The position numbers were made by a program, and so were the translations under genes. Of a stretch of 64,000 bases of DNA, positions 30,601 through 39,441 are shown piece by piece. The notes beneath the pieces were generated by a model. It saw only the letters and a program-made list of their open reading frames with translations. It was not told the origin of the DNA and did not search any database. Source of the DNA: a virus. Its lineage: Duplodnaviria > Caudoviricetes. Location of the stretch: positions 96,001 to 160,000 of the IMG/VR virus record IMGVR_UViG_3300037851_000542; one strand, given 5' to 3'. The number at the start of each line of letters is the position of its first letter. Position 1 is the stretch's first letter.

Positions 30601-31929
30601 ATTAGTTTGTAATAGCGTCCTTAAATCATCTAAAGACAACGCTAAAGTTTGCGGTAATTTAAATACAGCGTCACCATAGTTATCTATGTTGACAACTAGT
30701 GTATCATTAATACCTTCTAAAATATCTAACCGATCAAAAGATAAGGGTTCTCCTGTAATATAACCTTGTTGACCTATTCCGGTACAGACATTAGCATCTA
30801 ATACTTCAATAATTAAAAAGTCATCGCAGTAGGTACTTGAACCTGTTTCTAAAGTCTCCAGTGAAAAACCCTCGATAGGTCCTGAATAAACCTTTGGTAC
30901 CTTATTATCTACCAATTCGCCATTGATTGTTACGGAAAAAACATTACTGGAAATATCTATATTTATAAAAATATCATACCATTTTCCGTATTCGTAGATG
31001 AATGGAACTTCGAAGTTTAAAAATGTATTTAAAATAGATTTATATTTTATGCGCAAATCCGAATCAAAGAGTAACTCTATTGCGGAGTAGCTACTAATAA
31101 CACTTGTTAAAAGTTTAAGCACTGACCTACCACTTTCTGGTCTTAACTTTGCAGAAAAGTATCCTTTAATTAATGGTTGAGGTAGTGTATAGACTGCTCT
31201 TGGTCCATTTAGTGAAGGGTGTGAGTTATTAAGCAAAACAGAGGCGTCTAATAAATTAGAAGGATTGTTTACTACCTTTACTGTTCTTTCTACACTTGAT
31301 AAGGCTAATGAAAACTCTGATGGACTATTGTTTAAATCAGCCAGTGAAAAGCTAGAGATATATCTGACTTCTTCTGTTTGATTTTCACAGCTATCCAAAC
31401 ATATGGTAAAACTAGAAGATTGTATTTTAATAAACTCTAGAAATATAGAATCGTTGTTACCTCCATCTATTGCAAAAAATAACTTTATATTAGATATTAA
31501 ACCTACCCAAGTTGATACAGGTCCCATATCGAGATTGTATGTATGCCAACTTCCATCCGAAATTAAGTCAAAGGTTATAGATTTTGTGTCAGTAAATGCT
31601 GGATCCGAGGTTGTTGTAAATTGTAACTTACCTAAAGAAGCAGAGGTACTATCATTATACTTACTATATTTATATCTAAAGGATACTTGGGTGTACTGTG
31701 CGGAATCAAAACTTACTAAGTTCTGTGACCTAGTTATAGAAGGAGAAAAACCAGACGAGTTTAAAAATAAAAATCTTCCAGATACACCGTACATTGATAC
31801 ATTTTCTAAAAAATCCCACCCTTTAAGGTCGCGTTCAGTATCAAAAATAGAATAATGTATTATATTCTCATTCTCTTTACATACGTTGGCGTTACGTATT
31901 ATTGCGTTACTTAATACGTTCTTTTTCAA
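24694..31929 (-). CDS. Giant multidomain protein (2411 aa), probable virion adhesin with carbohydrate-binding-like and LamG-like domains
   Basis: N-terminal CBM-like domain (FDLISDGSWHTYNLDM..WVGLI), several beta-sandwich segments, C-terminal LamG-like region (GYFEAIVTPDW...LAVSWS...FYID...LIIGG). Confidence 0.6.
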   Translation of the reverse strand: MKKNVLSNAIIRNANVCKENENIIHYSIFDTERDLKGWDFLENVSMYGVSGRFLFLNSSGFSPSITRSQNLVSFDSAQYTQVSFRYKYSKYNDSTSASLGKLQFTTTSDPAFTDTKSITFDLISDGSWHTYNLDMGPVSTWVGLISNIKLFFAIDGGNNDSIFLEFIKIQSSSFTICLDSCENQTEEVRYISSFSLADLNNSPSEFSLALSSVERTVKVVNNPSNLLDASVLLNNSHPSLNGPRAVYTLPQPLIKGYFSAKLRPESGRSVLKLLTSVISSYSAIELLFDSDLRIKYKSILNTFLNFEVPFIYEYGKWYDIFINIDISSNVFSVTINGELVDNKVPKVYSGPIEGFSLETLETGSSTYCDDFLIIEVLDANVCTGIGQQGYITGEPLSFDRLDILEGINDTLVVNIDNYGDAVFKLPQTLALSLDDLRTLLQTNISSIDLGGYVNAEVILKDGTFTIKSGTYGSTSSVVLQPTQLSNQLGFSNYVAEVGRPHAAGFNFNNSFREKAYLLENLKKEKTSEDKNAYFIQSPQVPSVEIGSPSAETLSRRVEIDGSGKTFVDFLNRATSEGFIDEVYFHGVLPNSIGVKLEGSDGFAHTNIFSLTNSDITSVNIVKGDLLIINTSGYVSNGTYVIDRVVGNDIFLDDSVNLFFASNLEYSISNTAKLKHFRPNISGNLTLLNEQIIGVQENGVLYTTSPDTYRLEVNWYLNKGDMIGIYNPSTLYGGANDIYLLEATYLEVQGEVTDTINSLNIPKGNNIFGIGLYGRSSKIQNVAVIDLELPVESAIENIEIKGRHRSENRTYNLLTSAGNGLNVSASVSGTHKHRVENTSTGDILTLTHNNVGYNLNAIYDGNKYASNGVVGSFEQNSNSSTYFYISGDGEWVDTEEFASNILHIELSEFEDDPYSLNFNWNSPVTISKVKIYFKEFPHSEGYYFEYLDSNLLNGDGSSNLFHIIGLGDKIEYTKVSLDKTTLLKENLNTNEALYRHFFKTYDGFLNNQDLDAVIAYEFYRRFPYNVLEKEFTPVETTAFNFGCIAHKSTKISEIELFAETLVDINLEDVLELFVAGEDQLFFKAPYEVLEDNTVSFLIHKPIKYIRLRTFPSSTLELSSIYASPLDDLILYKNDNLCVDVLDIEPIISGFSETYEVDIVNNTCNTSDLEINIGKDLRTDSILLKTSANTLNDILVPEIGPPGILYKDSDKSLYVSDNVAINAKTFGLINLAANKKIYKAYEYLTESDSFIYNFIDGSKWTVLGTNYPQLGIKRTAPGFKLEPDPGPTGSPTNPIFAILRSNWHITGSFNARIIANYNVGSDSGSIGSFVGITDSTGRMIYIISDRAYWSAASITRNWHHYRIIDSLSGEIDNELMFCLSGPTYCPNGITKDGISSNLTDYTLNLERIFNPLSGVDVLRFSYADAVNGAKQGELEWAGNEFYEIDLNSLSLIGQLKIVVGNVWSKDGTASSTATNVNIKHFFFGGSSSYETSRVINFQPSFNLTGNNGETNITNSSVYPTQQTTVAAIDLENTTSLDILNIYSNTNKLLWDKNRVQFSDSDTPDVSQVTWGNTTINKVRWVLFEETPTTTTGIKYLEALRIYPDISLPYKNPLIWKDLGNILSDNNLNTYITQTEYPIISIRLAESFSIGDYKLVDKNNVEFKKGSNAFTGWGGSSEYILVNSWQEDPNLIEWGQWSDYNKDSKVISTAKWFAFKNENFTVSGGIINSPKYEASQFIASTLDLRSDGFYTYTDRVDFTEFPEWFNVSGAPELIDIAIIKDIDRNYNGILYSTTSGADSVLQEISSPLAVFDGEENTYTTMSGSTGFLWRVFGTPSGIVSSGSQTFENENGVPYDLITTSSTTTINYDPVSIIGFQFQVEGSSESLPNTIKFQTLTGQDPNSNTSWLDFFTETDLVTSGGTDNEFFFNNSLPYIHYFTEPIVVSGARLLITESQSQDPDNSSITLNNFKIFKAPDEAIPKLTLSSDYANRVGGRRSLKLTYPTLNSGIASCYGTFPISNDPLWSFQDYLSFYIRADSDLMDWSNSYIKLGKNSEEFYKWSLSSVSGINTNSFELVKLKFRLADEQSFGDLNLSTPSVIDLETTTDFKTGPIEYFEIALKPVSTTPAPINVWIDNFNIVREDFNIQSKFNKTLYLNNSELLFFPITNVNLNQGYFEAIVTPDWNKLGRTTYKQEEAFTIFTIANNLNESLNLFYHSRFGFKFVFTNNADLKYNYNIGYINKIKPFTPFKLAVSWSADGNINDIKNSANVIFYIDDEFIMDFNQPWFSENSKNSNLIIGGISPLSSVSFSSSDFYNGITATYLSAEVKSLTGGIENILYSSIPKKIDFNKIRHIRDNVLLSIDNVTFYNIDDLNIPFKFYGIEQGEKVTVYIKINFPINRENLLRELFLTTRWTLK

Positions 31930-32314
31930 TGTACTTGATTAAATCCTTTATTACAGGATTCTGCTCCAGATTTTTATTTTTTAAAACTTCTTCTATGTTC
32001 TTATCCGCTAAGTATTTTGTAAAATACTCATCATAGGAAAAAGAATTCTTAAACTCATTTGAGAATATTTTCCAATTAATAGTAGCCCACTCTAATATGA
32101 CTTGATCCATAAAATTATGGCAACACATTGTGTTAGTATAATTACAGGTTTCAGTAAAGCACCTAACACTTACAGTATTAAAACCAACGGGAGGCTCGGT
32201 TGTAGGGAGTACTAAGTTTAACTCACTGTAGGCTTTGACTTGAGCTTTAAAAGTCTCCTCTAAATCAATTGATACTTTTAACATCCCGCAGTGTGGGCAT
32301 TTTATATTAAGCAT
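31907..32314 (-). CDS. Zinc-ribbon protein
   Basis: CPHC and CFTETC pairs. Confidence 0.6.
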   Translation of the reverse strand: MLNIKCPHCGMLKVSIDLEETFKAQVKAYSELNLVLPTTEPPVGFNTVSVRCFTETCNYTNTMCCHNFMDQVILEWATINWKIFSNEFKNSFSYDEYFTKYLADKNIEEVLKNKNLEQNPVIKDLIKYIEKERIK

Positions 32315-32315
32315 A

Positions 32316-35300
32316 TTATGGATTATACTCCTGTTTATACTTTTCTTCTAATTCTTTTTTATAATTTTCTATTTTCATCTCCGTACTCAAAGCCTGAGCA
32401 TTTTCAAATTGTAATTCAGAAAGCTTATTCATTTCTGATTCACCGGTAGTTAGTGCGCTTACAACAGAGGATCCTGCTATATTATTTGCAGGCGGAGATT
32501 GGAGTATGGTCAATAGCCCAATAGTACCTAAGTTACCATTGGAGTTACAGATTTCGGGAGCTTCTTGTCCTACGTAAACTATTATTTTTCTGTCTCCTGT
32601 GTATCCATATAAGGTACCTGGACCATTCCATACACAAATCCTAGGTACTAGTTTTTTAGGAGGACAAGCTTCATATCCTTCAAACTGCCATTGATCTGTT
32701 TTAGTCCCTGTAGAGACTTCGCCAATAGAATTTGCCCCCTCTGAAGTTTTTACTTTAAATGATGATTTATATTCTGGAATATTTAATTTTAATTTATTTA
32801 TTAATATATTTAAATCATAAGGATTAATAAAATACTGTAAGTCGAGTTGTAAAAAGTTGGATAAGTTTTCAATACTTTGAAGCATTTCCTTAAATATATC
32901 TTTTTGTTTATTTTCCATTTCCTCTAAAGTACCTACAAATAACACATCTGGGGTACCTGGTTCATCTTTAGCTAAATAAGTTCTGTTAACGTCGAATGAT
33001 TTAAAAGGTCCAGCCCAATTTCTGCTTATTTTCCCCCTAGATGCTATCTCAACAGTCTCGTCCAAACTGGCGAGTCCGGTCTGCCAAAACTCACACAGTC
33101 CTGAGTACTCAAGTGTATCCGACAGATCTGGCACGCTAATTATGCCGGTTAAATATTTTTCTGATTGAGATGGAAGGTACATATTATTATTCTCATCACC
33201 ATTGCTATAACCTGTCGTTGGTATGTATTTAGGCTCTAAAGAAACTATTGACTCTTCTACTGTTCTAATAGTTAAGTAGTTTAATAGAAATTTAGTTAAA
33301 CTTAAATCAGTTACTGCATCTCTCTTCCCTACATTAATTTCAATTTTGTTTATAAAAAGACCCTCATATTGACTAACATTTATATCTACATCTTTAAAAT
33401 AAGATTTTGCAGACTTACCCACGCCTAGATTAATTTCAGGCTTAGAAAATAAAATATGTTGAGAACTGTCCGTATCAGTAAACGTAACTTGAATAGAAGG
33501 ATCTGTTTTTATCTTAGTATTTAAACCTGTACCAACTTCTATTTTATATGCAAATTTAAACCTAAAAAGCTCTATAGGCTGCTTAAACTTTATAGTAATT
33601 ATTACATTGTTTCTATAAGCACTGTGTCCTACTGGAGACGGAAGGCTAGCTTCACTGAGCCATTTTCCGAAAATAGCCCCTCTAGCATCATCTTTACAAT
33701 GAAATACGTTCTCTTGGCTTGTTTTTAAATCTACATTGCTGTACTGGTTTACTGTAGAATCTAAACTCCCATAATACTTATTAAAATTAATAGTAGGATT
33801 TAAGTTTAAAAGAAAATCCTTAGGGTTAAAGCATTTTTTTACTTTAGGTAACATTGTAGGAACTATATTACTAACTTTCAGAGATCTAATAAATCCTACA
33901 TTTGAAAAAGCTTCTTGTTCTCGATCTACAGGACCTTGTGAATCTATAGAGTCTATGTAGTAATAACTAATAACTTCTTCTGCAAATAAATTACCAGATA
34001 CAGTGTAATCCTCTATATCATCTGCCGTAGATGGAATTAAGGCATTAGTTTCCAAAGAGGTCGGTTCAAAATAATACTGTAATGGAAAAGTTAGTCCACT
34101 GATGTTGGTCAGAGCATAAGGCTGTGTTTCAGTAGACCTTGTATTATCATTTGGTACATTTAAAATATTTCCATTTTCTCTGTCAAAATAAACTGGCAGA
34201 TCTTTGTTTATATAAATTTTAGCATATTCTTGTATTTGACCTGTGGCTTCATTATACTTAATATCATTTATTGTTACTTTATAGTTATTCTCCTCTAATC
34301 CTAGGTAAACAGGTCTTTCAAATTTATCTAATACTATTCCAGTATCTGTATCATAGCTTTTGGGTTTTTCGATAGTGACGCCTGTGATCCTATCGGTAAT
34401 TAACAGATTATCAATTTCATTATCATTAATGGCTTTTCTTGCTGGCTCTGGACTGGTTTCTTTAAAAGCCCAAACTACCGAGGGGTTTTTAAAATTATGG
34501 TAAAATCCTTTTGTTGGAAATCTAGTACCTTTACCATCGGCAGACCTTATTATATTTACGTTATAAATCTGTTCCCACTTTGCGCGTTTTAAAACAACAG
34601 ACTCCTGAAAATAGTCACTAGAAGTTAGTTCGCTTTCGTTGGCGATGGACAAAGACATTAGGTACTTTTGATCTGTTATAGAAGTCTCATCTATAATAAA
34701 GTTTTTTGCTAGTTCCTTATTTTGGACCTGGTTTTCAAAAATAGTTCTAGGTCTATCTTCAAACAGGCTTGCGCTACTTTCGTGCGGCGATACTGGTAGC
34801 CATCCTAATCCAACTCTAGGTCCCGCAGGAGTTATAAACAAGTACTCTCTAAAATGCATTGTTCTAAAGACTCTTGCTGCATCTCGTCCTCTATTGCCCA
34901 TCTGTGGGAATGTCCAGTCCTCTGCGATATACCTTCCATACAGCACAGGGTCAAAAGTCGGAGATATAGGTCCTCTGAGTCTAGAGTACCCAATGAAAAA
35001 GGCTTGGGAATGATATCTCGTACCTAATGAGTATTCCCACACGCACGGATTAAAAAACCCAAGTGCATTAAATTTTAATACTAAAGGTGCTTTAAAATCA
35101 GGTCCTCTATATTTTTCATCAATTGAGGACACTCCGGGTATTAAATAGTCTACTTGTATTGCTTGATCATTTATAACTACTCTAGGCTGCTCGCAGGCAT
35201 CGTATGGAAACCATAGTGATCCAAATCCAACTGGATTTATTTCGTGATCACCACACATAGGGTAGTAAGTTGTTAAGCCTTTTGTATAGTACTCTGCAGG

Positions 35301-37688
35301 TGCTGCAGGAAGCTCTGCGGGACCTCCTTTGTAATAAAAAGGTTCAAAAGGTCTCTGGTCGTAATCTGCGGACCAAGCATATCTAACTTCTACATCACGT
35401 AACCAGCTCGTGTTTTTTTCGGCGACTCCGACAAACCATTTTCTTCCTACGGGCTTTCCATTGTTAAAACCAGGTATAGACACCTCTACCGTATAACTTA
35501 GATCGTATTTAGCGTATTCAGTAAATATTATTTGATCCTCATCGACAGAGTAGACGTGGGCGGCTGGCTGTAATTCAGATTCTGTAGACAATCCTAACTG
35601 CGCTTCTGCGCCGTATCCTTTAATTAGGTAACTGTCATCTAGAATCTCGTTTCCGTGTATTTCTAAGATTTCAGTTAAATCGTCTTTTTCTATGTTAGAT
35701 TTAGCAGAAAATTCATAGTAATTTAAAGTTATTTTACTCTGCGCTTTTGGTGTTTTAAAGTTAATATCATTTTTTGGTTTTATAATTATAAAATTGTGGG
35801 CTATTAACTCTCCTTTTTCGGACCTAACTATAGAGTTTTCAGTTGAATCTATTTCCATCTCAATGTTTTGTCCTTGCGATACATTAAAAAATATATCTTT
35901 TATAGACCACCCATACTTTAATCCTGCTGGCGGGATAGCAGGTGCTCCATTTTTTATCTCCAGTAAGTACCTATTACAATTATCAAATTTTGACCACACT
36001 ACATTACCGGACTCTGCACTACCGGTTAAAACACTCTTGGTTTGAAATACTCCCCAAAATCTTTGGTCTTTTGGCTCACCAAAGTCATCACCTGATACAA
36101 GCCTACTGAAAGACCTATCAAGTGTATAAACGTGATACATATTGCTAATAGTCATTTTATCTCCAACCAGCGGTATCATTGAAAATGTCAACTCATTGGC
36201 TGTTTGCAAATTAGATAAAGAGGTTATTAGAGTTGAAGTTTGGGGCGCTGTCAGATCAGCTTCAAAACCATTCTGAAATATATCTATGTGATAAAAGTTA
36301 TAATTGATATTTAACTGTAATTTACCCCATACCCCGTTTGATTGAGTTAGTATAATAATATTATTTAAACCTTGTACAAGGTCTAAGCCTGATCTTAGGT
36401 CCCAGAATCTATCTTCTCCTGTTATTGTGTAAGCAAAACCTTTTGTACTGTTGTAACCATACTGTTTTTTTAGTAAGTCCTCTACTGCTATCGTAATATC
36501 TTTATCTTTGGTGTTAGAGTTGAAAATGTCAACAAAGCCAGTTACGATTGTCTTGTTAATAGCATAAACAGTTGTATTAGATAAAGATATTCCTGATAGA
36601 TATGTTTTCTGTTTAACATTATAAAAGGATTTATAAATAAAAGGCTGCTTAGGTCCTTTACTACTTGATGAGCTATATTTTGATGGAGGGTATGTTATTT
36701 TCAAATATGGGTCTATAGCTTCCCCTAGGTTTGGAACTAAAGTGGGAAAATCAGGCGGGGTTAAATTTGAAGTACTACCTTGCACAGTACTAACGGGTTC
36801 CGATGGGACTTTTGATAAAGAAGCTTCTTTTGTTAGGGGATCCCAGAATATTTTAACCAGAGACATTATTTGTCCTGAAACGCTGGCATCAAATTCTACA
36901 TTTTGAGATAATGCGTGAGGAAAGTCCTTATCTCCTGCCCAGATGTAAGGTATAACAAAAGTATTTTCCCATTCTTTCTGTGCTTCAGTAAAACTATCCC
37001 AATCTTTCATGTAGGTTCTTACTTCCTGAACCATTTGTCCAATTATAGGCTGACCTGTAGCTAATTGATTGTCATTTATGTAATCAAAAGTAGGACCGGT
37101 ATAGTATGGACATTGAGTTTTTGCCCCATTACAAGGAGGTGTCCCGTCATCACCTTGGTTCCAAAGAGTTGCTTTACTTAGCGAGCATCTCGTAGGAACG
37201 GATGTAGCGCCGCTTAGTAACACTTTAGATAATTTTACAGGCTCTAATGCAAAACTTGGAGTAACTTCGTGTTCCCAACCTCCGACAACATTAGTGTCTG
37301 GATCATCTATCTCTTGTGTTACCCCTAATGTTTCATTTTTAACTTTTACTTTAAAGGTACCAGAGGGAACAGTAACAGGTCTAAATGAAAATATATCTGG
37401 GTCATTTGGCGCAACTCTATTAAGTTTTAATTTTTTAGAATCAGTTTCATCTGAATCACCCGTCTGCCACCAACAGCAGGGGTTTAATCTGGCTCTCTCT
37501 CTCCATATTTGGTATCTGTAGGGCAATTGAGAGTTAGGGCGTCCTTGTACTACTGTATCGTGACTCATGCCAAGAGGGGCATCTATACGTCCCTTGCAGG
37601 TTATTTTATTTCCCTGCTCATCCTCGCAGATAAACTCTATGAGTCTGGATTCAGGCTCTAAGATCGTGTCGTCGTCGTAGGCTCCCAT
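32316..37688 (-). CDS. Very large hypothetical protein (1790 aa) with Cys-rich N-terminus
   Basis: Uninterrupted ORF; NPCCWW, RC..PPCNGAKTQCPYY and PMCGDH motifs; no family recognised. Confidence 0.75.
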   Translation of the reverse strand: MGAYDDDTILEPESRLIEFICEDEQGNKITCKGRIDAPLGMSHDTVVQGRPNSQLPYRYQIWRERARLNPCCWWQTGDSDETDSKKLKLNRVAPNDPDIFSFRPVTVPSGTFKVKVKNETLGVTQEIDDPDTNVVGGWEHEVTPSFALEPVKLSKVLLSGATSVPTRCSLSKATLWNQGDDGTPPCNGAKTQCPYYTGPTFDYINDNQLATGQPIIGQMVQEVRTYMKDWDSFTEAQKEWENTFVIPYIWAGDKDFPHALSQNVEFDASVSGQIMSLVKIFWDPLTKEASLSKVPSEPVSTVQGSTSNLTPPDFPTLVPNLGEAIDPYLKITYPPSKYSSSSSKGPKQPFIYKSFYNVKQKTYLSGISLSNTTVYAINKTIVTGFVDIFNSNTKDKDITIAVEDLLKKQYGYNSTKGFAYTITGEDRFWDLRSGLDLVQGLNNIIILTQSNGVWGKLQLNINYNFYHIDIFQNGFEADLTAPQTSTLITSLSNLQTANELTFSMIPLVGDKMTISNMYHVYTLDRSFSRLVSGDDFGEPKDQRFWGVFQTKSVLTGSAESGNVVWSKFDNCNRYLLEIKNGAPAIPPAGLKYGWSIKDIFFNVSQGQNIEMEIDSTENSIVRSEKGELIAHNFIIIKPKNDINFKTPKAQSKITLNYYEFSAKSNIEKDDLTEILEIHGNEILDDSYLIKGYGAEAQLGLSTESELQPAAHVYSVDEDQIIFTEYAKYDLSYTVEVSIPGFNNGKPVGRKWFVGVAEKNTSWLRDVEVRYAWSADYDQRPFEPFYYKGGPAELPAAPAEYYTKGLTTYYPMCGDHEINPVGFGSLWFPYDACEQPRVVINDQAIQVDYLIPGVSSIDEKYRGPDFKAPLVLKFNALGFFNPCVWEYSLGTRYHSQAFFIGYSRLRGPISPTFDPVLYGRYIAEDWTFPQMGNRGRDAARVFRTMHFREYLFITPAGPRVGLGWLPVSPHESSASLFEDRPRTIFENQVQNKELAKNFIIDETSITDQKYLMSLSIANESELTSSDYFQESVVLKRAKWEQIYNVNIIRSADGKGTRFPTKGFYHNFKNPSVVWAFKETSPEPARKAINDNEIDNLLITDRITGVTIEKPKSYDTDTGIVLDKFERPVYLGLEENNYKVTINDIKYNEATGQIQEYAKIYINKDLPVYFDRENGNILNVPNDNTRSTETQPYALTNISGLTFPLQYYFEPTSLETNALIPSTADDIEDYTVSGNLFAEEVISYYYIDSIDSQGPVDREQEAFSNVGFIRSLKVSNIVPTMLPKVKKCFNPKDFLLNLNPTINFNKYYGSLDSTVNQYSNVDLKTSQENVFHCKDDARGAIFGKWLSEASLPSPVGHSAYRNNVIITIKFKQPIELFRFKFAYKIEVGTGLNTKIKTDPSIQVTFTDTDSSQHILFSKPEINLGVGKSAKSYFKDVDINVSQYEGLFINKIEINVGKRDAVTDLSLTKFLLNYLTIRTVEESIVSLEPKYIPTTGYSNGDENNNMYLPSQSEKYLTGIISVPDLSDTLEYSGLCEFWQTGLASLDETVEIASRGKISRNWAGPFKSFDVNRTYLAKDEPGTPDVLFVGTLEEMENKQKDIFKEMLQSIENLSNFLQLDLQYFINPYDLNILINKLKLNIPEYKSSFKVKTSEGANSIGEVSTGTKTDQWQFEGYEACPPKKLVPRICVWNGPGTLYGYTGDRKIIVYVGQEAPEICNSNGNLGTIGLLTILQSPPANNIAGSSVVSALTTGESEMNKLSELQFENAQALSTEMKIENYKKELEEKYKQEYNP

Positions 37689-37710
37689 TTTTTATTGTAA
37701 GAAGTCCCTA

Positions 37711-38064
37711 TTAATAGGGAACTTTTTCCTCGGTGAACTGTCCACTATTAATGTCCACCCTTATTATTACTTTTTCAGTATCAGTGTAAAATCCTATGAA
37801 CCTTCCTACTACTAAACTTACTGTTCTTAAACTTTTACCAGCTACAGATAATTCTTTCATCTGAGTCTCACCTGGAGGCAAATAAGCTAGTTTATCTTGT
37901 ATTTCAAAGTGCTTGTGCCTCCACTTTAAACCCATAAGCTTAATATTCTTTTTATTAGGAACTAATGACCAAGGCAAATCATTTTCTGTAAGTACTTCTC
38001 CGTCTTGATACTGCAAGTACCAACCACCTACCAGCTTATTAACCTTATCATGGGTCAGTACCAT
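37711..38064 (-). CDS. Hypothetical protein
   Basis: 117-aa co-directional ORF. Confidence 0.65.
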   Translation of the reverse strand: MVLTHDKVNKLVGGWYLQYQDGEVLTENDLPWSLVPNKKNIKLMGLKWRHKHFEIQDKLAYLPPGETQMKELSVAGKSLRTVSLVVGRFIGFYTDTEKVIIRVDINSGQFTEEKVPY

Positions 38065-38068
38065 ATAC

Positions 38069-39415
38069 TTACAGGCGCTCTGTACACTCTGATGCTAATT
38101 CTGATCTGATGCCTTCTCGTAGCTCTACGTGTGCCGCTAGTTTAGAAGTTTTAAAAGCTTCTATAGTTTGAGACAAACCGTTAGTCTTAGAGTTAACATA
38201 AATATTATCTATCTGATTAAAATCTGTATCACCAAGTAGAACTATTTTAGATCCTTCACCTATTCGAGTGATGATAGCTTTAACTTGTTTTCTTGTTAAA
38301 TTTTGAGCTTCATCTACTATAAAAAAGGCTTGTCTTATGCTTCTACCTCTAATAAATTGAAGAGGTTCTATTTCAATTTTATCATTTAGGTCTTTTAGGG
38401 TTTTAACATCTAGTGCTGGCTTCATCCCAGTAAGTACAAAATCTACAGAGTCTTTTAGTGGTAAAATATATGGGGCTAGTTTGTCATCTAAACTCCCTTT
38501 TAGGAACCCAATACGATCTTTTCCAGACAACGGCTCTAAGGATCTACTTAATATCATTTTATCGTATCTTGGCTCTTTGCCCATTATTTGCATCAATCCT
38601 GCGGATACTGCGCAGACTGTTTTACCACAACCTGCTATACCGTTTACAGTAATTAATTTTATCTCTGGATCTGCTAGATAATTAAATAACATGAGTTGTT
38701 CTATATTTTGAGGCTCTATGCTTAGAAACCTTAAATTCTCATGTAACTTGTGCAATTTATTATTTTTAAATATTGCCACTACATTCTTATGTGTCTTTAC
38801 TTCTTTCTTTATATAAACACATTCGTTAGGATTAAACTTATATTTTGTATTTTTAGCTAAGTCTACTACATTGCCCGATTTTTTAAATACTTCTGAGTTT
38901 AAGGTACTAGTGCTTTTAATAGTCCTGTACCCTTTATAACCCTTAGTGTCTATTATTCCGGCACCTTTAAACTCAATATTATTTATTTTATATATTGCCG
39001 CCTTTAAACCTAGGTTGTAATCATTAGTTACTAAGGTTACTTTACTTTTTTTATGTAATTTACTTAAAGTTATACAAACACTTAGTATTCTATTATCTAC
39101 TACAGATTTATCTAAACAAGGTGGAACGTCCTTATCGTCCTCTAATATACACATGATAGTGGATTTAGAGTCTTCGTCTGCTACCCCTGAGCTAAGATCC
39201 CCTAGTTTTGTCAAACCATATAAATACTTATGTAAGTATCTAGCTGATTTACCTACTTCATCTATTCTGTTCTTTTTAGAATCTAGTTCAACTATTACTG
39301 AGATTGGTATTACTAAAATTGAATTGGGGAAGTTATTAAGACAAGCGGGGTCAGTCAATAAAGCTGACGTATCAAAAACATAGAAATCTTTAGTACTCTC
39401 GGTAGGTGTCTTCAT
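38069..39415 (-). CDS. phoH: PIN-domain PhoH-family ATPase (PhoH2/YlaK type)
   Basis: PIN domain VFDTSALL...VIVELD...VDNRIL...VTNDYNL; Walker A GIAGCGKT; FIRGRSI, VDEAQN, LLGD..QID. Confidence 0.93.
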   Translation of the reverse strand: MKTPTESTKDFYVFDTSALLTDPACLNNFPNSILVIPISVIVELDSKKNRIDEVGKSARYLHKYLYGLTKLGDLSSGVADEDSKSTIMCILEDDKDVPPCLDKSVVDNRILSVCITLSKLHKKSKVTLVTNDYNLGLKAAIYKINNIEFKGAGIIDTKGYKGYRTIKSTSTLNSEVFKKSGNVVDLAKNTKYKFNPNECVYIKKEVKTHKNVVAIFKNNKLHKLHENLRFLSIEPQNIEQLMLFNYLADPEIKLITVNGIAGCGKTVCAVSAGLMQIMGKEPRYDKMILSRSLEPLSGKDRIGFLKGSLDDKLAPYILPLKDSVDFVLTGMKPALDVKTLKDLNDKIEIEPLQFIRGRSIRQAFFIVDEAQNLTRKQVKAIITRIGEGSKIVLLGDTDFNQIDNIYVNSKTNGLSQTIEAFKTSKLAAHVELREGIRSELASECTERL

Positions 39416-39432
39416 AGGTTATTAATCTTACC

Positions 39433-39440
39433 ATAGTATA
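39433..39440 (-). promoter_or_regulatory. TATACTAT candidate -10 element upstream of phoH
   Basis: Exact motif 17 nt upstream of the ATG; TTGATG lies 18 bp further upstream. Confidence 0.55.
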
Positions 39441-39441
39441 G

